From NCBI GenBank assembly GCA_041740355.1, contig JBGSMD010000063.1, forward strand, positions 1-64,000: a stretch of DNA of 64,000 nt, written 5' to 3'. Below, piece after piece: positions 48,555-58,531 of this stretch. Below the pieces are notes generated by a model, which did not search any database, was not told the origin of the DNA, and was given only the letters and a program-made list of their open reading frames with translations. The translations under genes and the position numbers were made by a program. Numbering within the stretch: the first letter of the stretch is position 1; each line of letters opens with the position of its first letter. Source of the DNA: Bdellovibrionota bacterium (GTDB lineage Bacteria > Bdellovibrionota_C > UBA2361 > CALJRW01).

Positions 48555-50057
48555 CTAGTTTTCCCCTTTCGCTAGTTCTGCAGCAACAACTGGAGTTGCA
48601 AAAGAAGTACCCTCAATTGGATTAGGTTTTTTTCCGCGAATATTAACAAAAGTAGATCTATTTTGTTTTAGAATTAAAGCATTATGCGCCAACTTAATTC
48701 GTATATAATGATTATTAGAATTATTCTCTAAAGCATGTTTAATTGCTATCAAGTCGTAATGACCTTCTTTCAAACCAGCTTTTACTAAAACTTGAGTTAA
48801 TTCTTTTTCCGAAAGGGAAGCATTCTTAGATTGATCATTAATTTGTACAGTAAGCTCCGGTGGTACAACTTTAACTGCGTGCGCAGGTGTTGTCTGCATT
48901 CGCTTGCCAGTTATAATCCATATCTTTGGATTAGCTCCCTCCTCGAAAGCTACATAATAATCCTTATTGGAATACTTACTAGAAGGAATTAAATTTTCTG
49001 TACTTACTTCAGTAACGAGATCTGCACCGAACATTAAATCTGCTGGACGATAAATACCTGTTTTCAAATCAAGACTTTGGTACTGCTTGGCTAATTTTCG
49101 GAGTGTTTCTTGTTCGCAAGCTTGTTGTACTTTCTCCAAAAATTCATCTGGTACTGATGCTAATTCTAAGTATTTTCCCTTAGAGGTAGTTTTTGTCCAT
49201 CTTAGATGAGTTTCGTTATTATCCAACAAACTCATACCACCATTAACAATCTGTGGCTGAATACTAATAGGTCGCCATTCAGTGACCAAAGAATTATCCC
49301 CACTAGCTGGATGTTTTTCACCATGCGAATCCAAGCCACCGACAACTACTGTTCCCGTACCTAAAGTTAATAGATTCAAATAATCACGCCCCATGTTACC
49401 CGCGGCCACAACTGGAATAGTACCACTTCTGGCTAATGCTTCTAGCCTACGAACATTCTTAACTGTATTTGCAATATTGCCTGGAAAATCTGGCTCATTA
49501 TTCGGAAGTGCTTCCAATCGATCTAAGACTTTTGCACTAAGAGATTTAACATTGTCAGAAGTAACCTCCAGACCTATACGCTTGGATAATTCATGAAAAC
49601 TAAGGTAAATACTAATCGAAATATTAATCACCTTAGTGTCTTTTGGAATAGCCTTGATACTATCTACCCCACCATCGAGTGCTACAGCCTTAGCACCATT
49701 GATCTTAACGATGGTAGAGACAAGATCTCCGTGTGAAATATCAGGAAAAGAATCTTGATCCACATCCATCATGTGACTTTTATCTTTTTGAGAAGATTGA
49801 TTGAAGGAAAGTACTGGCGAAGTTTTAAAGTGATCAACGACTACGACTTTGGAGTTATTTGTTTTTTGTAAACCACAACTGCACATTAGAATGGAAGACA
49901 GCAACATTAGTCTTTGATTCAAGGGAGATGTTAGGGCAACGCTTGGTAGCAAGGGGCACTTTTCCAGCGGAGAGCTAGATAATTTGAAATTTATTTGCTT
50001 GCTTAAGTCAGAAATCACAATCGTTATGTTATTAAATATTAGAAACTGGCGAGGCAA
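48555..50057 (-). CDS. Subtilisin-like (S8) serine peptidase, probable lipoprotein, with a large insertion
   Basis: VVVVD (Asp), HGDLVS (His), VAAGN (oxyanion Asn), GTSFATP (Ser). A lipobox-like LMCSC suggests a later start. Confidence 0.8.
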   Translation of the reverse strand: MPRQFLIFNNITIVISDLSKQINFKLSSSPLEKCPLLPSVALTSPLNQRLMLLSSILMCSCGLQKTNNSKVVVVDHFKTSPVLSFNQSSQKDKSHMMDVDQDSFPDISHGDLVSTIVKINGAKAVALDGGVDSIKAIPKDTKVINISISIYLSFHELSKRIGLEVTSDNVKSLSAKVLDRLEALPNNEPDFPGNIANTVKNVRRLEALARSGTIPVVAAGNMGRDYLNLLTLGTGTVVVGGLDSHGEKHPASGDNSLVTEWRPISIQPQIVNGGMSLLDNNETHLRWTKTTSKGKYLELASVPDEFLEKVQQACEQETLRKLAKQYQSLDLKTGIYRPADLMFGADLVTEVSTENLIPSSKYSNKDYYVAFEEGANPKIWIITGKRMQTTPAHAVKVVPPELTVQINDQSKNASLSEKELTQVLVKAGLKEGHYDLIAIKHALENNSNNHYIRIKLAHNALILKQNRSTFVNIRGKKPNPIEGTSFATPVVAAELAKGEN

Positions 50058-50144
50058 ATTATACTTTATTTTACCTCTTAAGCTAGTCCTTCCATTTCTG
50101 TCTTTTTTAATTATTTTTAGATAAAACTAAATATTATTAAATCT

Positions 50145-50173
50145 TTGCATAAGCAACAATCTCGTCGTATACT
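50145..50173 (+). promoter_or_regulatory. Sigma70-like promoter
   Basis: TTGCAT-N17-TATACT upstream of 50228. Confidence 0.55.
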
Positions 50174-50227
50174 TTCGCGCCTAAGTTATAAAATTGTAAG
50201 CTAGTAATTTTCATCTCCAAATAATTA

Positions 50228-51139
50228 ATGTTCCCCGACAAACATCCCAGAAGTATTGATAATCAGTTAAAAACTGTTCCCCTGACAAATAATATTGCCA
50301 CCCATTCGCAGCTCGCACCAATTTGGAAAGAAGAAGATGTCGGTCTTCGGTATGATGTAATGAGTAGAATTCCTTGGTATGAAATGGTCAACCGACAGCT
50401 AATTTCCTTTGCTAAAATTGAAGAAGGTCACCGAGTAATTGATATTGGATGTGGGACAGCATCTGCCACTAGACTTATTGCCGAAGTTGTCGGTCCAAAC
50501 GGGGCCGTAATTGGAATTGATCCCTCCTCAGAAATGCTGGGACAGGCAAAAGCGAACTGCCAAGATTTTCCGCAAGTACGCTTTAGACAAGGTCTCGCCG
50601 AAAATTTAAGTACAACATTAGCAGATGTTAATTTTCGACCAGATCGAATAGTTGCTTTCAATGCTATCCACCTTGTTTCTGACGCTTGGAAAATGATCCT
50701 TTCCGCCTCAATTCAACTTCACGAAAATAGTATTTTCGCATTCTCGACAGCCTTTTCTAATCAAGCAGTTGATTCACGAGAAGAATTTCAAAAATTGAAA
50801 AAAGTATTCGATAAAATTACAAGCACAGCGAGAAAAGAGTATCCCCAAGAAATGGAAGGATTTAAAAAAAGGTCGACTGCCAGAATTTTAAATATTGCTC
50901 AATTATCGCACTCACTTGAAGCTGCCAGTCTTCATCAAATCAAAAAAGAATTAATACCAATAATTATCTCTAGCGATGACTTGGCTGTATTCCTAACAGT
51001 GCCTGGAGTAATCGATCAGATTCTACCAACTGCTATTCCAACTCTAGTCAGAAAGGCGCTAATCAAACATGCTATCATGGAAGCAGATGTTGAATCCTTT
51101 AATCGCAACTGGCTCTTGATGAGTGGTACTAAAAAATAA
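50228..51139 (+). CDS. Class I SAM-dependent methyltransferase
   Basis: VIDIGCGTA, VIGIDPSSEML, GLAE, FNAIH. Confidence 0.88.
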   Translation: MFPDKHPRSIDNQLKTVPLTNNIATHSQLAPIWKEEDVGLRYDVMSRIPWYEMVNRQLISFAKIEEGHRVIDIGCGTASATRLIAEVVGPNGAVIGIDPSSEMLGQAKANCQDFPQVRFRQGLAENLSTTLADVNFRPDRIVAFNAIHLVSDAWKMILSASIQLHENSIFAFSTAFSNQAVDSREEFQKLKKVFDKITSTARKEYPQEMEGFKKRSTARILNIAQLSHSLEAASLHQIKKELIPIIISSDDLAVFLTVPGVIDQILPTAIPTLVRKALIKHAIMEADVESFNRNWLLMSGTKK

Positions 51140-51388
51140 GCTGAGTTTAAAGCTAGACATTTGTTAAAAATTTTATCTCATTTTAACCTCCAGCTGATAG
51201 ATAAATAGACACAAATCATTATTTCCTCTGCAAAACACTTTTTTTGCTGATTTGGCTACTTTCTTCTATTGTATACAAGGCAACACTTAAAAATTACTTT
51301 TTTAATTCAAATCGCTTAGTAGATCTTAATAAGTAACTTTGAAGCGATTCCGAGGAGAGAGAGAGCGCTAAGTCTTTAGAATTTAATA

Positions 51389-51536
51389 TATAGAAAGTCC
51401 AAAAAGTAATTTACGTAAGAAAATTACTTTTTGGGGCGTTCTATCCCCCGCAAGCGTTATAAAATCATACGGTTATGACAAAAAAGCAAATTAATCTATA
51501 TACTTTTTACGTAATTTATTTTTTGTCATCACTATA
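51389..51536 (+). mobile_element. MITE-like element, TATAG family
   Basis: TATAGAAAGTCCAAAAAGTAAT...TTATTTTTTGTCATCACTATA; homolog of 35214-35357. Confidence 0.78.
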
Positions 51537-51539
51537 ATA

Positions 51540-51635
51540 CTGGAGAAAACAAATTTACTAAAATCCAAAATAAGAAAATACGATCAAGATTTTCTAAAGT
51601 AAAAGCAGTTAGGATTAAAGGATTTTAGTAGATCG
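51540..51635 (+). repeat. Partial multi-hairpin scaffold copy
   Basis: CTGGAGAAAACAAA-TTTACTAAAATCC...GGATTTTAGTAGATC parallels 32985-33080. Confidence 0.65.
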
Positions 51636-51646
51636 AGACAACCAGA

Positions 51647-52975
51647 TTGTACTTTGAATCGTCTACAAATAAACAATCAAAATCTCAATTTTACCGTCAG
51701 ATTTTTAAAGTGAAATTTAATAAAGAATCTATTCTCCAACTTATTCGTAAACCTAAGTTTATTTTTGCTAGTATTTTTTTAATAATAGTATTTCTATATT
51801 ATGGATATAGTTCTTCCCCCTCAGTAACTCTATTTAAAACAGCAGAAATCTCACGTGGAAATTTAATAATTTCGGTAAGTGCTACTGGTACTTTAGAGCC
51901 AGAAGAAGTAATTGATGTTGGCGCTCAAGTTGCTGGACAGATTATTAAATTTGGAACAGGCCTTGATGGCAAAACTGTCGACTATGGTTCAATCGTGGAG
52001 GCTGGTGCAGTTTTAGCACAAATTGATGATTCGGTTTATCAAGCAGAAGTCAGCTCGGCCGACGCACAACTAAAAAGAGCTTCGGCCGATCTGCTTCAAG
52101 CACAAGCAAAACAAAAATTATCTGAACAAGAATGGAAGCGGGCGCAGTTACTTGGACCATCTGATGCTTTAAGCAAATCAAGCTACCAAACCTATCAAGC
52201 CAATTTTGAAGTAGCCACAGCCAGTGTCACAGTTGGTGAGGCGGCAATTATTCAAGCTCAGGCAAGCCTGACAAAAGCAGAACGCAATTTAGGATTTACG
52301 ACAATTAAATCCCCAGTTAAGGGAGTAATTATAGATCGTCGTGTAAATATCGGACAAACTGTTGTTTCTAATTTGAATGCCCCAAGTCTTTTCTTACTAG
52401 CGAAAGATCTTAAAAAAATGCAACTCTGGATTGCTGTAAATGAAGCTGATATTGGGAAAATTACTCCTGGTCAGTTGGTTAACTTTACTGTTGATACTTT
52501 TCCCGAAGAACAGTTTGAGGGCATAGTCCGGAAGATTCGTTTAAATGCTAGTATGACTCAAAATGTTGTGACTTATGTTGTGGAAGTAGATACGGACAAT
52601 TCTAGTGGTCAACTCCTACCCTACCTTACTGCAAATGCTCAATTTCAAATTAGTAACCATCAGAATGTATTACTGATACCGAATTCGGCTCTCCGTTGGA
52701 CACCAAGAGAAGAATTAATTGCTTCAAAGTACTTGGAAGAATATTTAGCGTTCAAGAAGGACTCCCAGAGAAAAATTATCTGGACGACCGAGGGTAGTTT
52801 TGTTCGGCCAATTAAAGTGAAGTTTGTAGGTACTGATAATATCATGAGTGAAATTGAAGGAGCAGATCTAACTGAAGGAACAAAAATTGTAACTGGTGAA
52901 GAGATCCAAGATGACTCGATGCAAGCTGCCAGTAAAAATCCTTTTGCTCCACAAATGCCAAGTAGAAAAAGATAA
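51647..52975 (+). CDS. MacA-like efflux periplasmic adaptor subunit
   Basis: VSATGTLEP..VGAQVAG, IKSPVKGVII, NIGQTV, VNEADIG, FTVD. The true start may be downstream. Confidence 0.92.
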   Translation: MYFESSTNKQSKSQFYRQIFKVKFNKESILQLIRKPKFIFASIFLIIVFLYYGYSSSPSVTLFKTAEISRGNLIISVSATGTLEPEEVIDVGAQVAGQIIKFGTGLDGKTVDYGSIVEAGAVLAQIDDSVYQAEVSSADAQLKRASADLLQAQAKQKLSEQEWKRAQLLGPSDALSKSSYQTYQANFEVATASVTVGEAAIIQAQASLTKAERNLGFTTIKSPVKGVIIDRRVNIGQTVVSNLNAPSLFLLAKDLKKMQLWIAVNEADIGKITPGQLVNFTVDTFPEEQFEGIVRKIRLNASMTQNVVTYVVEVDTDNSSGQLLPYLTANAQFQISNHQNVLLIPNSALRWTPREELIASKYLEEYLAFKKDSQRKIIWTTEGSFVRPIKVKFVGTDNIMSEIEGADLTEGTKIVTGEEIQDDSMQAASKNPFAPQMPSRKR

Positions 52976-52986
52976 GTTGAGTCGCT

Positions 52987-53670
52987 ATGAGCCTAATTGA
53001 ATTAAAAGATATTCATAAAATCTATCAAATGGGCGAGATTGAGGTTCCGGTCTTAAGAGGATTATCATTAAATATCGATCAAGGTGAAATGGTTGCCTTG
53101 ATGGGCAGTTCGGGCTCTGGAAAAAGCACCTTAATGAATATTTTAGGATGCTTGGATCGGCCAACTTCGGGTAAGTATTGTTTAGATGGTGCAGATATTA
53201 CTGATTACTCCAATGATCAACGGGCTAATTTAAGAAATAAAAAAATTGGCTTTGTGTTTCAGAATTTTAATTTGCTTCCCAGAACAAGTGCTCTGGAAAA
53301 TGTAATTATGCCATTAGCCTACTCCGATGAAGTCATCTCGAAAGAAGAAGAAATTGAGAAAGCAAAAAAAATCCTAATTCGAGTGGGATTAGGCGATCGC
53401 TTAGATCACTACACTTCGCAACTCTCTGGTGGCCAACAACAGCGCGTTGCTATTGCCCGAGCATTGATTAATAACCCTCCGGTGCTATTTGCCGATGAAC
53501 CAACTGGAAACCTCGACTCTAAGACAACAGCTGAAGTTCTCGAAATGTTTAAGGAGCTTCATGAAAAAGACCGAATAACAATCATTATTGTAACTCACGA
53601 AGTAGAAGTCGCCTCACATACTGAAAAAATTATTCGTCTTAAAGATGGTCAAATTGAGGAGCAAGATTAA
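52987..53670 (+). CDS. MacB-like ABC transporter ATP-binding protein
   Basis: [26 protein letters not shown]. Confidence 0.95.
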   Translation: MSLIELKDIHKIYQMGEIEVPVLRGLSLNIDQGEMVALMGSSGSGKSTLMNILGCLDRPTSGKYCLDGADITDYSNDQRANLRNKKIGFVFQNFNLLPRTSALENVIMPLAYSDEVISKEEEIEKAKKILIRVGLGDRLDHYTSQLSGGQQQRVAIARALINNPPVLFADEPTGNLDSKTTAEVLEMFKELHEKDRITIIIVTHEVEVASHTEKIIRLKDGQIEEQD

Positions 53671-55034
53671 TGAAGACTGCTCGTTTGCTTTTAACATCGA
53701 TGACGGGATTGCGCCGAAACCTACTTCGAGCAACGCTCACCACATTGGGAATTATGATTGGTGTAGCCGCAGTAATTGCCATGGTTGAGATTGGTCAAGG
53801 GTCAGCCAAGGTTGTGGCAAAAACAATTTCCTCCATGGGTTCTAACACCTTATTAATTATTCCTGGCACTGCGGCGAGTGGTGGTGTTAGCTTTGGAGCT
53901 GGAAGTGTCATGACCCTTACACCTCAGGACGCCGAAGCATTAATTCGCGAAGCAACAACACTTCGCGCTGTCGCACCGATCGTGAGGACCAGAGGACAAG
54001 TTGTTTATGGAAATAAGAACTGGGTTCCCTCTTCTGTCACGGGAACCACTCCAACCTATCTCCAAGTTCAAAACTGGGAAGGATTAACTGCTGGTGAAAT
54101 GTTTACAGAACAAGATGTTCGAAATGCTAGTAAGGTCTGTGTGATTGGCGCAACTATTGTAAAAGAATTATTTGATGGGGAATCTCCCATTGGCAAAGAC
54201 CTTCGGGTACAAAATGTAGCGCTAAAGGTTGTGGGAGTCTTAAGTAGTAAAGGTGCCAACATGATGGGTATGGACCAAGATGATATTATTCTTGCTCCTT
54301 GGACAACAATAAAATCAAGAATCTCAGGAACATCAACAGCCAATACAAGTCAGGCAACAGTATCTACTAATACAGTTAATTCGATTAGCAATCTTTACCC
54401 CTCCACTGGTCTTGCCCTTTATCCGGCTGTTTCTGAAAATCAAACTGCGAATACTCCCTTAACGACAAAGTTAATTAATATTGACCAAATTATGACTTCC
54501 GCAAAATCCGCAGAAGATATTCCTGTCGCAATAGATCAGATTAATGAAATTATTCGCAATCGTCATAATCTGCGGACCGGTGAGGAAAATGATTTTAGTG
54601 TTCGTGATATGAGTCAAATGATTAAAGCTATGACTTCCACTACTGCTCTGATGACAAAACTTCTTCTTTGCGTTGCTATGATTTCATTACTTGTGGGTGG
54701 AGTTGGAATCATGAATATTATGTTGGTTTCAGTAACAGAAAGAACTAGGGAGATTGGCCTAAGGATGGCAGTTGGAGCAAGAGCTAAAGATATTCTTCTG
54801 CAATTTTTAGCAGAGGCAATTGTTCTCTGTTTACTTGGTGGTGCAATTGGAATTGCCTTTGGAAGAATTATTTCTATTTTAATTACGACTTTTCTGCAAT
54901 GGCCAACACAAATGTCCGTGCCAGCAATCCTTGCTGCTGTAATAGTATCAGCTAGCGTTGGGATTATTTTTGGATTTTACCCAGCATGGAAAGCTTCTAA
55001 ATTAGATCCAATTGAGGCTTTAAGATATGAATAG
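53670..55034 (+). CDS. MacB/FtsX-like ABC permease
   Basis: LGIMIGVAAV, GGVGIMNIMLVSVTERTREIG, LDPIEALRYE. Confidence 0.95.
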   Translation: MKTARLLLTSMTGLRRNLLRATLTTLGIMIGVAAVIAMVEIGQGSAKVVAKTISSMGSNTLLIIPGTAASGGVSFGAGSVMTLTPQDAEALIREATTLRAVAPIVRTRGQVVYGNKNWVPSSVTGTTPTYLQVQNWEGLTAGEMFTEQDVRNASKVCVIGATIVKELFDGESPIGKDLRVQNVALKVVGVLSSKGANMMGMDQDDIILAPWTTIKSRISGTSTANTSQATVSTNTVNSISNLYPSTGLALYPAVSENQTANTPLTTKLINIDQIMTSAKSAEDIPVAIDQINEIIRNRHNLRTGEENDFSVRDMSQMIKAMTSTTALMTKLLLCVAMISLLVGGVGIMNIMLVSVTERTREIGLRMAVGARAKDILLQFLAEAIVLCLLGGAIGIAFGRIISILITTFLQWPTQMSVPAILAAVIVSASVGIIFGFYPAWKASKLDPIEALRYE

Positions 55035-56421
55035 ATTGTTATTACTTACTCTGATTTTCATTACCAGTTGTACCGTTGGTCCAAATTTTAAGTTACCAGA
55101 AATTTCTGAGTCTGACACTTGGGCAACAATATCTAACAATCAACTTTCACAAACAAACACGACACTAACTTTTCAACATAATTGGTGGGAAAGTTATCAC
55201 GATCCAATTTTAAGCTCTTTAATTAATCGAGCCAAAGATTCTAATTTAGATCTAAAACAAGCAGTATCTAAAATTAGACAAGCTAGGGCGTCTCGAACAA
55301 CGATAGCTTCCAGTCTTTTCCCAAGTATTAATTCATCAGCAACATTTCAAGAAAGTGATTCTGACTTTAATGCGACTTCTAATAATTCAGGTTTATTCCA
55401 AGCAGGACTAGATGCCTCCTGGGAGTTAGATATTTTTGGAGGGATCCGTCGTAATATTGAATCCGCTGATGCTGAAATTATTGTTCAAGTTGAGAATCGC
55501 AATGACTTGATTGTAACGCTGACTTCCGAAGTAGCACTTAACTATTTAAGCTTAAGAGGCTTTCAACAAGAGCTAGTAATTACAAATCTAAATTTAGCTG
55601 CTCAAAAAAAATCAGTTGATGTTACTGAAAAACTTTTTAATGCTGGATTTACTGGGAAATTAGATTATCTAAATGCTACGGCCCAACTAGCTACAACGGA
55701 GTCACAAGTCCCAAGCCTCGAAGCAAATATTCAAAAAACTATCTACACCCTTAGTGTTTTATTAGGATTAGAACCTGAAGTTTTAAATGCCGAACTTTTA
55801 CCACTTGGCACGATTCCTTCGGTTCCCGCAGAAATCGCAGTGGGACTTCCTTCTGAATTATTGAGACGTCGGCCTGACATTCGACAAGCTGAAGCAAGGC
55901 TTCATTCCGCAACTGCAAAAATTGGAGTAGCTGTTGCCGATCTATTTCCAAAGTTTACTTTAAATGGCTCAATAAATGTTCAGGCAAATTCCGCCTCTAA
56001 TCTAACGGCTGGAGATAATAGCTTTTGGTCTTTTGGGCCAGGAGTAAGTCTCCCTATTTTTAATGCTGGAAAATTAAGAGCAAATGTAAAAATTCAAGAA
56101 GAAATACAAGAACAAGCTTTAATTGAATATGAAAAAACTATTTTAAAAGCTCTTAAAGAAACTAATAGTGCATTAGTTGATTATCAACGAGAACAAGAGA
56201 GTCGTCTTACCTTGGAACAAGCAGTCAACGCTAATTTACAAGCAGTGGAGATAGCACAAGAACTCTATCGAACTGGACAAACCGATTTTCTAAACGTGCT
56301 TGTTACACAGAGATCACTATACTCTACGCAATCAGCTTTGATTCAAAGCACCAGGACCATTGCAACAAATTTAGTAGCTATTTATAAAGCCCTCGGTGGT
56401 GGCTGGGAAACGGGGAAATAA
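55027..56421 (+). CDS. Outer membrane efflux lipoprotein (NodT/TolC family)
   Basis: Lipobox TSC-TVGP, SWELDIFG, PSELLRRRPDI, YKALGGGW. Confidence 0.95.
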   Translation: MNRLLLLTLIFITSCTVGPNFKLPEISESDTWATISNNQLSQTNTTLTFQHNWWESYHDPILSSLINRAKDSNLDLKQAVSKIRQARASRTTIASSLFPSINSSATFQESDSDFNATSNNSGLFQAGLDASWELDIFGGIRRNIESADAEIIVQVENRNDLIVTLTSEVALNYLSLRGFQQELVITNLNLAAQKKSVDVTEKLFNAGFTGKLDYLNATAQLATTESQVPSLEANIQKTIYTLSVLLGLEPEVLNAELLPLGTIPSVPAEIAVGLPSELLRRRPDIRQAEARLHSATAKIGVAVADLFPKFTLNGSINVQANSASNLTAGDNSFWSFGPGVSLPIFNAGKLRANVKIQEEIQEQALIEYEKTILKALKETNSALVDYQREQESRLTLEQAVNANLQAVEIAQELYRTGQTDFLNVLVTQRSLYSTQSALIQSTRTIATNLVAIYKALGGGWETGK

Positions 56422-56491
56422 TTTTCTTTCCTTTTTGAATCTGAGGAAATAAACTACATTTTTTGCCTAGCTAACAAAGATTAAATTAAAA

Positions 56492-57463
56492 TTAATCTCT
56501 GGAAACAGAAATTACATTTCGTGGTAAATACTTAGATGTCCAAGAACGTGTGATCGGACTTCCGGCTGGACCTTCCGTCACTTCTAAAGTTATTTCAATA
56601 GCTCTTATTTCCTGCCATTGTTGACTAGACGTAAATGACGAGAAGATTGTTCCATCTTGCATCTCAACTCGAACCTGAAAATCGGTGATATTATTAGCAA
56701 TATTCATAAAGAAACTAGGGTCATTGGAATCCACTAACTGTAAGATGTTAGTTGTAGTATCGAGCTGAATTCTCCATTCTTCCAATAGGTAAACAGAAGC
56801 ATTAGCAGCTGAAAAATTATGTTGCCAGTTTCCACTACTGGCAGTCTTGAAAATACGGTATTGGTTGACCCCGGCAGATACTGACAAATTTTCTACGCTT
56901 TCAAAAGTTAAATATTCGCCAACAAGACTAGATGCGTCGAAAATATAGGCTTTTGCTTCTCCACTATCTTCGCCGGCTAAGTATGCCCCCCAAACATTAA
57001 AGTTATTGGCATTGACACTATGACCACAAGCCCCTGGCAATGGGGTCAGATTAGTGCTGACGTAAGAAAAGAATAAATTTCGGTCGGCACTAGTAGCTGT
57101 TAAATTTTGACATAATAATAAAACTTCTTCTAATAAATTTCTTCTTAAAGTTAAAACGTCTGGTGCTCCGCTAGCACCATTTTGTAATAGGAGTGCTGGG
57201 AAAACTGCTGGTAAATTTGCACCTAACAAACGTACCTCCGACGAAATCACGTCGAAAACTCCGCGTAATTCCTGATTGGCCCGAACATTCACTACGTCTT
57301 TGGCGTAAAGCTTTTTGAATGAAATAATTGAAGACAAAACTATCGAGCTGACCACTACTAAGATCGAGGTTGAAACTAAAATCTCGACTAAAGTCATCCC
57401 TTTAATTGAGTTTCGTGAGCACGCTTTCCACTTCATAAACTTCTTTACTATCATAAGTGACAA
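56492..57463 (-). CDS. Type IV minor pilin, PilW-like
   Basis: Prepilin site KG|MTLVEIL plus a hydrophobic helix; C-terminal PRN. The start is uncertain. Confidence 0.85.
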   Translation of the reverse strand: MSLMIVKKFMKWKACSRNSIKGMTLVEILVSTSILVVVSSIVLSSIISFKKLYAKDVVNVRANQELRGVFDVISSEVRLLGANLPAVFPALLLQNGASGAPDVLTLRRNLLEEVLLLCQNLTATSADRNLFFSYVSTNLTPLPGACGHSVNANNFNVWGAYLAGEDSGEAKAYIFDASSLVGEYLTFESVENLSVSAGVNQYRIFKTASSGNWQHNFSAANASVYLLEEWRIQLDTTTNILQLVDSNDPSFFMNIANNITDFQVRVEMQDGTIFSSFTSSQQWQEIRAIEITLEVTEGPAGSPITRSWTSKYLPRNVISVSRD

Positions 57464-57827
57464 CTACTTTTAAATGTCTTGTTTCGCTAGTTGCTGTTGG
57501 AGGGCAATATGTCATATTACTACAATAAGTTACCACAACTTGATAAGTCCTAGCACCAAAAGTGATATTGATCGGTGCGTTAGAGGTAACAGTTGAAGGC
57601 ATAGTTGTTGTATTCTCCAATCTCATTTGGTCAAAAACTTGTTGTGCCGCAATCTGAGCTTCTGATTTAATTTCACCCAGTCTTAACATACTATTTGCTT
57701 GCATTACAGAAGTACTAAAAGTTGCCGAAACAATTCCAATAATTATTAAAGCAACCAATACTTCAATTAAGCTAAATCCTGAAGCACTGTTAAAATTTCT
57801 CCCTAAAAACTTTTGTTTTAAATTCAT
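57402..57827 (-). CDS. Type IV minor pilin, PilV-like
   Basis: SG|FSLIEVLVAL prepilin motif. Confidence 0.88.
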   Translation of the reverse strand: MNLKQKFLGRNFNSASGFSLIEVLVALIIIGIVSATFSTSVMQANSMLRLGEIKSEAQIAAQQVFDQMRLENTTTMPSTVTSNAPINITFGARTYQVVVTYCSNMTYCPPTATSETRHLKVVVTYDSKEVYEVESVLTKLN

Positions 57828-57860
57828 AACAATTAATTAATTACGTTTAGGGCTGCTTCG

Positions 57861-58316
57861 TTATGAGGCAGAAATTCCTCCACCTAGAAAGATTTCAATC
57901 TTCTTAGTAAGTCCAGTCGTATCAGTAATATAAAATTCTTCATTATTTGGAAAACCACGAGAGTCAATACAAACTGACCAAGTGGTCGTGGTAAAAGTTG
58001 CCCCCACTGGTAAATCAAAGGTTAAACGTTGATCGTCGACCCAAGCATCTGCGGAATCACATGATTTGCGATAACTAGCAACAACCTGCGAATTACCGTT
58101 GGGAATAAGTTGATAAGCTACTAAATTAGCAATTGATTTAGCCTTAGCTAATTTATAAACACTAAGGACTTGATCCGTTGCAGATTGAGTTGGGGATACT
58201 AAATCTTTTAAATTCAAAACAGCGATCAACGATAAAATTCCAACTAGAGACATTACTACAAGAAGCTCGGCTACAGAAAATGCTTTAACTTGTAAAAATC
58301 TATCTAACATACTCAT
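57861..58316 (-). CDS. Type IV minor pilin, FimT/GspH-like
   Basis: KA|FSVAELLVV prepilin motif, DSRG, C-terminal LGG. Confidence 0.85.
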   Translation of the reverse strand: MSMLDRFLQVKAFSVAELLVVMSLVGILSLIAVLNLKDLVSPTQSATDQVLSVYKLAKAKSIANLVAYQLIPNGNSQVVASYRKSCDSADAWVDDQRLTFDLPVGATFTTTTWSVCIDSRGFPNNEEFYITDTTGLTKKIEIFLGGGISAS

Positions 58317-58318
58317 TT

Positions 58319-58345
58319 ATATCGGCCTAAAGCAGGATAACTTTA
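58319..58345 (-). promoter_or_regulatory. Sigma28 (FliA)-like promoter of the pilin operon
   Basis: Minus strand TAAA-GTTATCCTGCTTTAG(15)-GCCGATAT. Confidence 0.6.
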
Positions 58346-58531
58346 ATTTTTAGCCCTTAAGTGCGAAAACCACCTCGAACGTACTTTTTAAAAAATTACT
58401 TGGAATTACAATCAATTAAGATACTCTATAGTATGTTTTATTTGCTAAAAATAGCTTATTTTTCGCATACTCATACTAATTTAATCAACTTCATGATTTT
58501 TATCCAGAGAACGGGTGTCATTTGAGCGAAA

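Noticed and set aside
48600-49250. Intein in the S8 protease insert
   Set aside because: There is no HN-[CST] junction (HN is followed by A) and no LAGLIDADG or block A motif.
51354-51365. Short (GA)n tract as a phase-variation site
   Set aside because: Only about 5 units, intergenic, and not tied to a clear promoter.
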